This document shows, piece after piece, positions 1 to 9,986 of a stretch of 64,000 nucleotides of DNA. The stretch is from Verrucomicrobiota bacterium. Its GTDB lineage: Bacteria; Verrucomicrobiota; Verrucomicrobiia; Limisphaerales; AAA164-E04. The notes below the pieces were generated by a model. The model saw only the letters and a list, made by a program, of their open reading frames with translations, was not told the origin of the DNA and made no database searches. The stretch spans positions 608,001 through 672,000 of the forward strand of contig CP170459.1 of assembly GCA_047947115.1 (NCBI GenBank), read 5' to 3'. Position numbers and translations under genes: made by a program. The first letter of the stretch is position 1, and each line of letters begins with the position of its first letter.

Positions 1-1
1 A

Positions 2-1054
2 AACGGCCCCATGGACGACGTGCGCCAACACATCAAGGCAGTGGTGAATCGATGGATGGATCCCAATGGTGACGGAGATCCGTCCGACGGCGTGGATGGA
101 TGGCGACTGGATGTGGCCGCAGAAGTTCCCTTGACCTTCTGGAAAGAATTCCGAACCTGGGTCAAAGCGATCCGTCCCGATGCCTATACAACTGGAGAAA
201 TCTGGTGGGAAGATTATCAAAACCATGGTTACGCCAACGCCTCCCCATGGTTGCAAGGCGACGCCTTCGATGCGGTTATGAATTATCGTTTCGGGGACCT
301 GGTGTATCGTTTTATGAACCAGGTTTCCTCCCCATTGGACGCCCAAAACTTTGCCATCGAATGGAACCGCATCAAGTCCGACTACGACTATCCCACCATG
401 CTGGCACTTCAAAACCTCATGGGCAGTCATGACACCAGTCGCATCGGCTCCGCCGTTGTGAACCCGGATGCCCGGCAGGATCATGACGCCAACCTCCAGA
501 ATCATCCCAATTACCTAGTCCGCGCTCCCAACTCGGAAGAGCTGACTGTTCAAAGATTGATGGTGGCCTATCAAATGTTCGCCCCCGGCGCGCCATTTGT
601 TTATTACGGAGACGAAGCGGGTATGTGGGGTGCGGACGATCCCGATTGCCGCAAACCGATGGTGTGGCCCGACGTCCGCCATGCTAATGAAAAGACACAT
701 CCCTTGGGATTGCGACGCACCACTGATAAGGTGACGTTCAACCACGACCTGCACACTTTTTACAAGCAAGCCATTCACATGCGGCGAAATGAACCCTGTC
801 TGAATCAAGGCTCATTCGAGTTCCTCACCGCAGGCGAAAGCCAACGATGGATGGCTTGCCTGAGACGGCACGGAGACTGTGTCATCGTCGGCATTTTCAA
901 TGCTCATCCGGAACCTTGCATCGTCGACCTGGAGCATTTGGGAATTCACAATACCAACGATGTCTGGGACTGCTTGTTGGGAGTCGCTCCCGAGAACAGT
1001 CCGGTCAGAATCCCTGCCAAATCGTTTTCCATCCTCAAAAGAACGGCTCGATGA
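2..1054 (+). CDS. GH13 alpha-amylase family glycosidase (neopullulanase/cyclomaltodextrinase-like), 5' end outside window
   Basis: GH13 conserved regions GVDGWRLDVA (nucleophile Asp), GEIWW (acid/base Glu), LMGSHDTSR and YYGDEAGM; frame is open to the window edge. Confidence 0.92.
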   Translation, partial: NGPMDDVRQHIKAVVNRWMDPNGDGDPSDGVDGWRLDVAAEVPLTFWKEFRTWVKAIRPDAYTTGEIWWEDYQNHGYANASPWLQGDAFDAVMNYRFGDLVYRFMNQVSSPLDAQNFAIEWNRIKSDYDYPTMLALQNLMGSHDTSRIGSAVVNPDARQDHDANLQNHPNYLVRAPNSEELTVQRLMVAYQMFAPGAPFVYYGDEAGMWGADDPDCRKPMVWPDVRHANEKTHPLGLRRTTDKVTFNHDLHTFYKQAIHMRRNEPCLNQGSFEFLTAGESQRWMACLRRHGDCVIVGIFNAHPEPCIVDLEHLGIHNTNDVWDCLLGVAPENSPVRIPAKSFSILKRTAR

Positions 1055-2181
1055 ACGATTTGCCCCATCAAATCAAGCGATCGTTTTACCGGCATCCATT
1101 ACACCTGCTGCCGTGCCTGATCATGGTCTTGCTTTCGGGATGCGGTCAGGAACAGTACCCCCCCCCTCAAGGTACCGGGCAGATCTCAAACCTTAATCAG
1201 TCCCCCTCCCTTACCGGCGATTCCACCTCGATGGAGGCATCCATCCAAGTGGACTACACGCTGAGGCACGCCGCCTACTACACTGGTTCCTGTGATGGAT
1301 CGGGAGCCGTAGCCTTGGACCATGATCTTTTTGCGGTCGTCAACGACGAGACAAGCCAGTTGCTGGTCTATGCCCGCCAAGCTCCAGGCGCCCCCGTAAA
1401 GACAATCAGTTTGCACAAAGCGCTTGATCTTAAAAAAGGTGAAGAGGCCGATCTGGAAGCCATGGCACGCATTGAAGATCGAATATATGTGCTGGGCTCG
1501 CACTCCCGGGATCGGGAAGGGAAGAAAGAAAAGGAACGCCGAAAACTCCTCGCGGTTCGATTCAAATCCACCACAACCGGCCCACAACTTACCCCCATTG
1601 GGAAGGCGTATGAAGATCTGATGGATGACCTCACGGATCACGCCGCATTCGATTCCCTCCACCTGAAGGAAGCGACAAAAAAATCAGGTGATGATCCTAA
1701 AGGATTCAATTTGGAAGGACTGTGTGCCGGCCGGAACGGATGCCTGTGGCTCTGCTTCCGTGGACCGCGAGTGAATGATAAGGCCCTCCTGATCCCATTG
1801 AACAACCCGAAAGACGTCACAGCCGGTGCAAGAGCCCGATTTGGCGACCACGTCTTGTTGAACCTCGATGGCAGATCCATCCGTGGAGTGGACAACATCG
1901 AAGGACACATTGTCATCATCGCAGACGATGATTTCAAAGGGAGATCACCTGCCATTTATTTATGGGATGAATCCCAGTCCACCCCCACGCAATTAAGCAT
2001 CCCGGACCTGAACACATTCGATCCCGAATCCATCATCCTCTACCCGGACACCGGTCTGCAGGAACTACAAATACTCAGCGACGACGGCGGGCGCAGGCTT
2101 CTGAATAAGGACTGCAAAGACGAACCCAACCCGATCCTCAAACGCTTCCGAAGCGCCACCTACACCTGGCGCGGCAACTGA
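1051..2181 (+). CDS. DUF3616-like beta-propeller lipoprotein
   Basis: ATG at 1051 overlaps the upstream TGA (ATGA); lipobox LLSGC; motifs CDGSGAV, VNDE, DLEA, GSHSR, NLEGL. Confidence 0.75.
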   Translation: MNDLPHQIKRSFYRHPLHLLPCLIMVLLSGCGQEQYPPPQGTGQISNLNQSPSLTGDSTSMEASIQVDYTLRHAAYYTGSCDGSGAVALDHDLFAVVNDETSQLLVYARQAPGAPVKTISLHKALDLKKGEEADLEAMARIEDRIYVLGSHSRDREGKKEKERRKLLAVRFKSTTTGPQLTPIGKAYEDLMDDLTDHAAFDSLHLKEATKKSGDDPKGFNLEGLCAGRNGCLWLCFRGPRVNDKALLIPLNNPKDVTAGARARFGDHVLLNLDGRSIRGVDNIEGHIVIIADDDFKGRSPAIYLWDESQSTPTQLSIPDLNTFDPESIILYPDTGLQELQILSDDGGRRLLNKDCKDEPNPILKRFRSATYTWRGN

Positions 2182-2218
2182 ATCGACGCCTTTCAGTACT
2201 CAGGATGATTCACAGTTT

Positions 2219-2361
2219 ATTATCCGCGGATGGGCGCAGATTTATTTACCAAAACCCATGTCCCAAATTCAGAATGCACTGTCATGATGGCTGCCACAAT
2301 CCCGGCAAAGCCTCAGGATCTCTATCTCCATCTGCGTTCATCCACAACATCTGCGGATAAT
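2219..2361. repeat. Inverted pair of REP-like repeats (CAGATG/ATCTGCG family)
   Basis: attatccgcggatgggcgcagat (from 2219) pairs with atctgcgttcatcc...catctgcggataat (2330-2361); related copies at 21209-21231 and 62356-62491. Confidence 0.6.
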
Positions 2362-2377
2362 CACCTAATCGAATTCG

Positions 2378-2701
2378 TCAAGGATTCCCTGCCCGCAACA
2401 AGCTCGGATCAGCAACCCTCCCCACGCGTCTCCTGCCTTTGGCTTGAACAACTCGATCACCCAGCACAGGACGAATCGCTTGTGCCTCCTTAAACAATCG
2501 TTCGACGACTTCGGGATGATTGGCCGCGACATTTTTCGTTTCCCCGATGTCGGCTTTCAAATCAAAAAACATCAGCGGAGATTCCGGTTCGTGTTTGCCC
2601 CAGTTGCGTTGCTTCGGGGTCATTGGGAGGTGGAGTTTCCAGCGCTCATCCCGAAGGGCCTGTGAATCAGGATACCCAAATACGAAAGCCCCCACCCACA
2701 C
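2378..2701 (-). pseudogene. C-terminal fragment of an arylsulfatase
   Basis: QALRDERWKLH...LMFFDLKADIGETKNVAANHPEVVERL is a typical sulfatase C-terminus; the catalytic N-terminal part (CxPxR) is absent and the next gene ends about 40 bp upstream. Confidence 0.75.
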
Positions 2702-2743
2702 TCAAAGTGCAGATGGGGGCCACAGGATGATTAGGCGTCTGGA

Positions 2744-4435
2744 CTAATCTTGTGTAGAAATGATGCGATAAAATCGCTGGCTGCGATCAGTAATGGAATC
2801 GCTCCACTGCATGGATTGTTGACCGTCTTCTGCCTGAAGGAGTCCATTAGCTGCATTCTTCCAATCCGACAAATCGTCCGAATACTGCACCTGGTATTGG
2901 TTGCCGGAACTGACCTCCCAAGCGATCTCGATCTGATTCACCCCTTCCAGGAAAGTGATGCCCGTCAAACGGAAAGAGCTGGTCTGACTCATATGCAGTA
3001 GCGCCTTGGCTCTGTCCTCACTATAACCCAACGCGGCAAAATCCAATCGACCCTGGTCTCCATGACAGTCGATGCACGACAAGGCATCTTCTTTTGGCGC
3101 AACCATATGGTTTTGGATCCAGAACATTTCCGTCTCCACATAGCCAACAGGCCCCTGGAACTCACGTCCTACGGCTGCCATACCAGCTTTCAGGGAAAGT
3201 TCCCAATCGTAAGATTTCCAGTAAGCGTTTGCATCGCTTCCGAACAAATGCGGCTGAGCCAAGGTACCGGCGCCCGCATCGAAAGGTTGGATGCCGGTGA
3301 ATCTTTTGACAGGGAAAATCCTTGCATTGGGATCCTCTATGCCGCCATGCAGTTTGTTGATGGAAACAAGTTGCCCTTCGCTGACGGCATCATCCAGCGT
3401 CACATAGGTAACCCCTCCATTGAACCAGACATACTCCGGCACCACATTCTCTTCCCATATAAACGAACCTTTTTTCGTGTCATAGGTAGGATTTCCATTT
3501 TCATCTTTCGTGACGATCGCAGATCCGTCCTCGTTCTTTTGACCAGCGGTCGTCCAATCCCAAAACATCTTGGTTGCTTTGCCACCTCGAGCATATTCAG
3601 GAATATGACATGTCTGACAGGCCAACCGCGCCGTGTGAGCGTCCAGGCGTTCGTGTTCGTGAGGAGCGTCGGAGTGACACGATTGGCACATTTGATTATC
3701 CGTTACAGAAGAAGGGTATCGCGTACCAGGGATTTGATGGTCTTCTGTGCGGTGGCAATTGGAGCATTGGAAATTCATGCCATCCTCAGCCATGTGAACG
3801 TCCAACGATCGATCCGGATGCAACAGGCTCGTATCCATATCACCATGCTTCACAGCATCCCCACCACCACCTTTGAAATGGCAGGCGCCACAAGTGGCAC
3901 GGCTGGTAGATCCGGCATTTTGAGCGATCATCGTAAGATCGGGAGGGAGCCACATATTACCGGAACCAGGAGGAAATTCTTTAGGCTCGGTCACGGGATG
4001 CCCCGCGCCTGTCGGAAATTTTTGATACGTTCCAGTCGTATCGTGACAGACAAGACAATCCACTTTTGATGCATCCATGAAGTCAAAGTTCTGGTCGGAA
4101 TACCCCACACCAACATGACAACTCGTGCAACGGGGTTCGTTGGAAGCAACAGAGATACAGTAGTTGTTAATCACATTTCGTTTCCCTAACACTTGCCCGG
4201 ACTCAGTATCCTCATGGTGCCAGGTCCAATGGGTCGTATCCATGACCTCTGATGCGGCCTTGGAATGGCACATGCTGCAGGTTTCGGCACCCTCATACGA
4301 GGTAATCAATTGATGCATGCGGGGTACAGCCGCTTGTGCACACACAATCAGGGAGCCAATAAGAGCCAAAAAAACGAGACGAACCAAGAGGATTGATGTG
4401 AGGGAATCCGATTTACATATACAAGAGTGCTTCAT
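2744..4435 (-). CDS. Octaheme c-type cytochrome, tetrathionate reductase (OTR) family, with extra C-terminal module
   Basis: Signal peptide; eight CxxCH motifs (CSMCH, CTSCH, CLVCH, CGACH, CSNCH, CQSCH, CQTCH, CIDCH); OTR-type HWTW, GKxNxINNYC, GGGGDAVKHGD, TKMFWDW, NHMVAPK. Confidence 0.92.
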   Translation of the reverse strand: MKHSCICKSDSLTSILLVRLVFLALIGSLIVCAQAAVPRMHQLITSYEGAETCSMCHSKAASEVMDTTHWTWHHEDTESGQVLGKRNVINNYCISVASNEPRCTSCHVGVGYSDQNFDFMDASKVDCLVCHDTTGTYQKFPTGAGHPVTEPKEFPPGSGNMWLPPDLTMIAQNAGSTSRATCGACHFKGGGGDAVKHGDMDTSLLHPDRSLDVHMAEDGMNFQCSNCHRTEDHQIPGTRYPSSVTDNQMCQSCHSDAPHEHERLDAHTARLACQTCHIPEYARGGKATKMFWDWTTAGQKNEDGSAIVTKDENGNPTYDTKKGSFIWEENVVPEYVWFNGGVTYVTLDDAVSEGQLVSINKLHGGIEDPNARIFPVKRFTGIQPFDAGAGTLAQPHLFGSDANAYWKSYDWELSLKAGMAAVGREFQGPVGYVETEMFWIQNHMVAPKEDALSCIDCHGDQGRLDFAALGYSEDRAKALLHMSQTSSFRLTGITFLEGVNQIEIAWEVSSGNQYQVQYSDDLSDWKNAANGLLQAEDGQQSMQWSDSITDRSQRFYRIISTQD

Positions 4436-4612
4436 GACATTATCCAGTTTTAATTCTACCCACCTAATCTCGCATGCTCACATGCTCATGCATTGCTTTT
4501 TTTACCAAAAAAAAAACACCACATCGCAACTGCGTGTCGATGAAAGTGTTTCAGGGGTTTCGGCAATCGTTCTTGAACAAAGTGATCTAGCTGCTCATCA
4601 TATTGTCTTCAT

Positions 4613-5404
4613 ATGCTTTCGTACCAAACTAATGCCATTGACCAGGAAAAACTTTCGGTTCGTATTGCCGAACTTCTGGACCTCTCGCGCCAATTGGGCG
4701 ATGCCTCAAGATCTTTGTGCATCCTCGGTGAAGGCAACACATCGGCGGCCATCGACGATGCCTGCCTGGCGGTCAAAGCAAGTGGCTCCGTGCTCGGATC
4801 GCTATCGGAATCAGACCTCACCGTCTGCGAACGCGCCCCTCTGACGGATGCTCTCGCCAATCGAAATTTGACCGATGCGGAAATGAAGGAACTCCTTCAA
4901 TCGGTCAAATGCGATCCAAAAGCCAAGAAGCCAAGCATCGAAACGATCTTCCATGCATGGTTGTTGACATTACCGAGCGTTGAGTATGTCGGGCATACCC
5001 ATTCATTGGACGCCAACAAAGTGCTTTGTTCACCCAGAGCCCGAGACTTTGCCGAGCGCCGTCTGTTCCCCGATGAAGTCGTGTTTTGTGGTGCCGCATC
5101 GGTGTTTGTTCCCTACACGGATCCAGGTTTACCCCTGGCACGTGAGATCCGGGATCGCGTCAAATCCTTCATCCAACATCAGGGCTACACTCCCAAGCTG
5201 ATCCTCCTGCAGAACCACGGCATCATCGCCATGGGACCGACCCCGGATTCTGTCATGGCCTGCACCTTGATGGCAGACAAAGCCGCAGCCATTTTCAGTG
5301 GCGCGGCAGCGATGGGCGGACCCAATTTCCTGACGCCTCAACATGTCGAACGCATCGCCACTCGTCCGGACGAACATGAACGACAAAAGCATCTGAACAC
5401 ATAA
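4613..5404 (+). CDS. Class II aldolase/adducin family protein (probable rhamnose/fucose pathway aldolase)
   Basis: GEGNTS, VKASG, PSIETIFH, GHTH, LQNHG metal-binding motifs; directly upstream of rhamnulokinase. Confidence 0.88.
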   Translation: MLSYQTNAIDQEKLSVRIAELLDLSRQLGDASRSLCILGEGNTSAAIDDACLAVKASGSVLGSLSESDLTVCERAPLTDALANRNLTDAEMKELLQSVKCDPKAKKPSIETIFHAWLLTLPSVEYVGHTHSLDANKVLCSPRARDFAERRLFPDEVVFCGAASVFVPYTDPGLPLAREIRDRVKSFIQHQGYTPKLILLQNHGIIAMGPTPDSVMACTLMADKAAAIFSGAAAMGGPNFLTPQHVERIATRPDEHERQKHLNT

Positions 5405-5414
5405 GCAATTCATC

Positions 5415-6881
5415 ATGAGCCAACATCGTTACCTCGCATGCGATCTGGGCGCGGAAAGTGGCCGATTGATCCTTGGCATCCTGGAAGACGGTCGCCTCAG
5501 ACTGGAAGAAATCCATCGCTTTGCTAATACACCGATCCAATCAGGCGATTCCCTGCATTGGAACATCGACCAACTTCAATTGGAAATCGAAACAGGTCTC
5601 AAAAAAGCAGGCCGGTTGAACAAACAGTTCGAAAGCATCAGTTGCGATTCCTGGGGCGTCGACTACGTACTCTATGACCGGGAGGGCAAGCGCATGCAGC
5701 CAACCTATCATTACCGGGATCCCCGCACCGCGCTTGGAGTCGATACCATCATCCAACGCCTGCCTTGGGAAACCATCTTCAAGGAATCCGGCATTCAATT
5801 CATGCCGCTTAACGCACTGTTCCAGTTGGGCGCCGAAAAGCCTGAACGCCTGAGTTCGGCAAAAACCCTGGTCGGTATCGGAGATGCATTCAATCATTGG
5901 TTTGGAGGAAGGGCCGTTCTGGAACTATCCATGGCGAGCACCTTTCAACTTTACAATCCCAACACAAAAGATTGGTCTGACAAACTCGTAAAGGCTGCCG
6001 GTCTGAGCAAAGATCAACTCCCGGATATCGTTCAACCCGGAACACCGATCGGATCGTTGTCTGAGGCACTGATTGCACGGACAGGTTTGAATCGCATGCA
6101 AGTCGTTGCAAGCTGTTCCCACGACACTGGAGCAGCAGTGGCGGCAGTGCCGGCTCAAGGAGAAAACTGGGCGTACCTCAGTTCAGGCACCTGGTCTTTG
6201 ATGGGGGTGGAACGAAGAGATCCGGTCATCAACGATCAATCACTCCAACTGAACTACACCAATGAAATCGGCTATGGAGGTTCCATTCGTCTGCTTAAAA
6301 ACATCATTGGCATGTGGCTGATTCAGGAATGCCGACGCGCCTGGGAAATGGAAGGTGAAACACTGGACTACGAAACCATCACACGTATGGCGGGCGAAGC
6401 ACACGCCTTTCAATCATTGATTGACCCGACCGATCCACGATTTGTCCCTCCGGGAGGCATGCCCCGGCGCATCGCCGATTATTGCCGCGAGACCGGCCAA
6501 CCCGTTCCTGAAACCAAAGGAGCCATCATCCGTTGCGCTCTGGAGAGCCTGGCTTTGTTGTATCGCCAAACCCTGATCGATATCGAATCAATGACCGGCA
6601 ATCGCATCGACACCCTCCACATTGTCGGAGGCGGAAGCCGCAATCATTTATTGAATCAATGGACCGCCAACGCACTGGATCGCAAGGTCGTCGCAGGCCC
6701 AGTCGAAGCCACCGCCGCCGGCAATATTCTCATCCAGGCCCTGGCTCTCGGCCATCTGGACTCACTTGCATCGGCAAGAAAAGTTGTGTCCAACTCATTC
6801 CCCACCGAAACGTTCCACGCAACGGACCAAACACAATGGAATCAAGCGTTTGAAACTTTCAAACAACTGAGAGCAAGGTAA
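5415..6881 (+). CDS. rhaB: Rhamnulokinase (FGGY family)
   Basis: DLGAESGR, DSWGVDY, HYRDPRT, SHDTGAAV, YLSSGTWSLMG, TNEIG, LKNIIGMWLIQE, GPVEATAAGN. Confidence 0.9.
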   Translation: MSQHRYLACDLGAESGRLILGILEDGRLRLEEIHRFANTPIQSGDSLHWNIDQLQLEIETGLKKAGRLNKQFESISCDSWGVDYVLYDREGKRMQPTYHYRDPRTALGVDTIIQRLPWETIFKESGIQFMPLNALFQLGAEKPERLSSAKTLVGIGDAFNHWFGGRAVLELSMASTFQLYNPNTKDWSDKLVKAAGLSKDQLPDIVQPGTPIGSLSEALIARTGLNRMQVVASCSHDTGAAVAAVPAQGENWAYLSSGTWSLMGVERRDPVINDQSLQLNYTNEIGYGGSIRLLKNIIGMWLIQECRRAWEMEGETLDYETITRMAGEAHAFQSLIDPTDPRFVPPGGMPRRIADYCRETGQPVPETKGAIIRCALESLALLYRQTLIDIESMTGNRIDTLHIVGGGSRNHLLNQWTANALDRKVVAGPVEATAAGNILIQALALGHLDSLASARKVVSNSFPTETFHATDQTQWNQAFETFKQLRAR

Positions 6882-7037
6882 CACTTCATCTTTGTGCCTG
6901 ATCGTTCGGGTAATGGGTTGTCGTGGGATCGAATGTTGACGGCTTACTGACTGTATCCAGAGCGAAGCTGAACACGGCAGCAAAGCGTGTTTGTATCAGG
7001 CCCATTCCTTGAGCAGATTGCGAAGCATCGAAAATCC

Positions 7038-8009
7038 TCAACTTTTCGTCGACCGACGTTTCTTGGGGTGAAGGGATTTTCCAAGAATGTGGTCCGACCG
7101 GTCAATGACGTGGGAACTGGAGCCAACAATCAAGGGATCGGGAGGCCGGACGACGTGTTCATCCTTGTCCTTGTAAGGGAGCTCATTCAAAAAATGCAAC
7201 ATGCAGTTCAATCTGGCACGTTTTTTATCATCGGATTTGACGATCGTCCAAGGTGCATCGGCAATATCCGTGTAGAAAAACATGGCTTCCTTCGCTTCGG
7301 TGTATTCCGCCCATTTATCCAACGAAGCATTGTCGATCTGAGAGAGTTTCCATTGCTTCAAGGGATCCCTCCTGCGAGAGGAGAAACGACGACGTTGCTC
7401 CTCTTGCGTCACCGAAAACCAATACTTAAACAAACGAATTCCTGATCGGACAAGCATGCGTTCCAAGTCGGGGCATTGCCGCATGAATTCGAGGTATTGC
7501 TGCGGTGAACAAAAATCCATCACACGCTCCACTCCTGCCCGATTGTACCAAGAACGATCAAAGAAAACAATTTCACCGGCGGATGGTAAATGCTGGATAT
7601 AACGTTGAAAAAACCACTGGGACTTCTCGCGATCACTGGGCTTGTTCAAGGCAACCACCCGTGCCTTGCGGGGATTCAAGTGCTCCATGAAACGCTTAAT
7701 CGTTCCCCCTTTACCTGCGGCGTCTCTTCCCTCAAAGAGAACCACCACCTTTTCCCCTGTCTGCTCCACCCACTGTTGAAGCTTCAGAAGTTCCACTTGA
7801 AGCGCTGCCTTGTTCTTTTCATAGATGGCTCGCTTCAGTTTTGTCTGGTAGGGATATTCACCACTTTCAAATGCATACCTGATCTGGGCGGGGTCATGTC
7901 GCATCTTGCCCAATTGATGCAGCCGTTCCCCGGCACTGCGGTTTGTCTTTTTACTTACCTTTTTTCCAGCGCCAGCCGCAGAGGCTCCATTACTTTCTGA
8001 ATCACTCAT
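7038..8009 (-). CDS. ppk2: Polyphosphate kinase 2
   Basis: FEGRDAAGKGG Walker A, FDRSWYNRAGVERVM, DPLKQWKLS, SDDKKRARLN; start placed at ATG 8009. Confidence 0.95.
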   Translation of the reverse strand: MSDSESNGASAAGAGKKVSKKTNRSAGERLHQLGKMRHDPAQIRYAFESGEYPYQTKLKRAIYEKNKAALQVELLKLQQWVEQTGEKVVVLFEGRDAAGKGGTIKRFMEHLNPRKARVVALNKPSDREKSQWFFQRYIQHLPSAGEIVFFDRSWYNRAGVERVMDFCSPQQYLEFMRQCPDLERMLVRSGIRLFKYWFSVTQEEQRRRFSSRRRDPLKQWKLSQIDNASLDKWAEYTEAKEAMFFYTDIADAPWTIVKSDDKKRARLNCMLHFLNELPYKDKDEHVVRPPDPLIVGSSSHVIDRSDHILGKSLHPKKRRSTKS

Positions 8010-8208
8010 TACATCGAATGCATCGGTTCGAAATACTTTTAACTGTTGCGGACCCCCCTCATTGAGACCTATAAAACCCACAAATGCAACAAAAAGACAT
8101 GCCGACTGCTATTGCATTGGACTGGCCACCTCTGAGAGCTTCGTCATCTTCGATCCCATGTTGAAGGGGTGGTCTGCTGCTGAACCCGGATTGAAGTGGA
8201 TATCACTC

Positions 8209-9519
8209 TCAACAATCTCCACTCGTCACCAATTCCAGATCACGGACGATATATTTTTCGAATTCGTGATGGCATTGAGGCGGGATGCGCACTTTAAACA
8301 GGGCGTCGTTGCCTTCAAACTTCCTTTCCTCGACCTGTCCGATCTTGTACAAGCGGGACATCACCTGTGATTGTTCAAGCGGTATCTTGAGTTCGATGAA
8401 TTGTCGAATAGGTTTGAGCTGACGACCCAGTTCGGCGTAGAAGGCATCGAATCCTTGTTGGGTTTTGGCGGAGATGGCCACGGAAGGCTGATAGGTATCG
8501 AGATAATGATCCAACACACCGGGACTTTCCAGTTGATCGATCTTATTAAAGACCATCATGCATGGTTTTTCATGAGCCTTGATTTCTTCCAACACCGTGT
8601 TGACCGCTTGAATCTGCTCATCGACCTGCGGGTGACTGAGGTCGGTGACATGGATCAGCAAGTCAGCCTCCACCACTTCCTCAAGGGTTGCCTTGAACGC
8701 TTCAACCAGTCGATGCGGCAATTTCCGGATAAAACCCACCGTATCGGAGATGAGCACATTTTGGTTGGTCGGCAATCGCAGACGCCGGGTGGTAGGGTCC
8801 AATGTCGCAAACAACTTGTCCTCGGCCATTACTTCAGAGCCGGTCAGTGCGTTGAGCAGGGTGGATTTACCCGCGTTTGTGTAACCGACGATGGAAGCCA
8901 AGGGCCAGAGGTTGCGTTTCCGACCGGAGCGTTGCACTTCGCGTTGCTTGCGCACCAGTTCCAACTCTACCAGCAGACGCGCAATGCGCTCGGAAACTTT
9001 ACGGCGGTCGACTTCCAACTGAGATTCACCATCACCTCCGCGCATGCCGATGCCGCCTTTTTGTCGGGACAAGTGCGTCCAAAAGCGGGTAAGGCGGGGA
9101 AGCAAATACTTCAACTGTGCGAGTTCGACCTGAAGTTTACCTTCCTTGGTCTGGGCGCGTTGCGCAAAGATGTCGAGAATCAACGAGGTGCGATCAAGGA
9201 TTTTGCACTCAAATATTCTTTCCAGATTTCGTGCCTGGCCGGGAGAAAGTTCATCGTCGAAGATGACTGTGTCAATTTTGTCGATACGACATTCCTCCGC
9301 AAAGTCCTTGGCTTTGCCTGTTCCAATGAAGGTTCCGGCATTGGGTGCTTCGAGTTTCTGGAATCCTTGACCAACGATGGTTGCACCCGCAGTGCTTGCC
9401 AACTGGGAAAGTTCCGCCAGGGAATCCTGGATTTCCCAGGAGGTATGGGATTTGAACTGCGCTCCTATCAGGAAGGCGCGTTCAGTTGTTTTTCCAATGT
9501 TATCGAGTAATGCTTTCAA
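8209..9519 (-). CDS. hflX: GTPase HflX
   Basis: ILDIFAQRA, QVELAQLKY, GYTNAGKST, LFATLDPTTR, DTVGFI, NKID. Confidence 0.97.
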   Translation of the reverse strand: MKALLDNIGKTTERAFLIGAQFKSHTSWEIQDSLAELSQLASTAGATIVGQGFQKLEAPNAGTFIGTGKAKDFAEECRIDKIDTVIFDDELSPGQARNLERIFECKILDRTSLILDIFAQRAQTKEGKLQVELAQLKYLLPRLTRFWTHLSRQKGGIGMRGGDGESQLEVDRRKVSERIARLLVELELVRKQREVQRSGRKRNLWPLASIVGYTNAGKSTLLNALTGSEVMAEDKLFATLDPTTRRLRLPTNQNVLISDTVGFIRKLPHRLVEAFKATLEEVVEADLLIHVTDLSHPQVDEQIQAVNTVLEEIKAHEKPCMMVFNKIDQLESPGVLDHYLDTYQPSVAISAKTQQGFDAFYAELGRQLKPIRQFIELKIPLEQSQVMSRLYKIGQVEERKFEGNDALFKVRIPPQCHHEFEKYIVRDLELVTSGDC

Positions 9520-9607
9520 ATGAAATTAGGCTGCTGTTGTAAAAAACCAGGAGGCTTTTACCCTTTTTACCAGAGTGGACAATATGGGTAAACCATCAAA
9601 GGTTGAA

Positions 9608-9967
9608 TTATTGGTCGAGGATCTGGAGTTTGGAGTCCACCGACTTCACATGTTCCACGCCTGAAGCAATTTTAACGGCGCGTTGTTCAAGTGCTTTTGT
9701 TTCCACGTGACCATTGAGAGTGACCACTCCATCGAAAGTGTCCACATTGATCTCAAATGCCTTTATTTGTTCATCGGCGACAAAACGCGTCTTCACCCTG
9801 GTGGTGATGCCGGCGTCTCGGGCAACCGTGCCGGCAGAACGTTCGTCCTTGCCAATCGCATAACCAGCAGCTCCCGCCCCTCCGACCGCCAACCAGAAGC
9901 AGCCTGTTGAAGAGGCCAGCATAAAAATCAGCACCACAAAAGCACACATTGTTTTCATATTTGCCAT
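9608..9967 (-). CDS. BON domain lipoprotein (OsmY/DolP-like)
   Basis: Lipoprotein-like signal ending STGC; DAGITTRVKT...INVDTFDGVVTLNGHV...VKSVDSKL; start could also be 9958. Confidence 0.85.
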   Translation of the reverse strand: MANMKTMCAFVVLIFMLASSTGCFWLAVGGAGAAGYAIGKDERSAGTVARDAGITTRVKTRFVADEQIKAFEINVDTFDGVVTLNGHVETKALEQRAVKIASGVEHVKSVDSKLQILDQ

Positions 9968-9986
9968 ATTGACCGTGTGGCAAGTT

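Noticed and set aside
847..1050. N-terminal extension of the DUF3616-like ORF
   Set aside because: Overlaps the GH13 gene; ATG 1051 gives translational coupling and a lipoprotein signal
8371..9510. 379-aa plus-strand ORF (and similar ORFs such as 3062-4069, 26457-27326, 20600-21256)
   Set aside because: Antisense shadows of well-supported genes with no recognisable motifs
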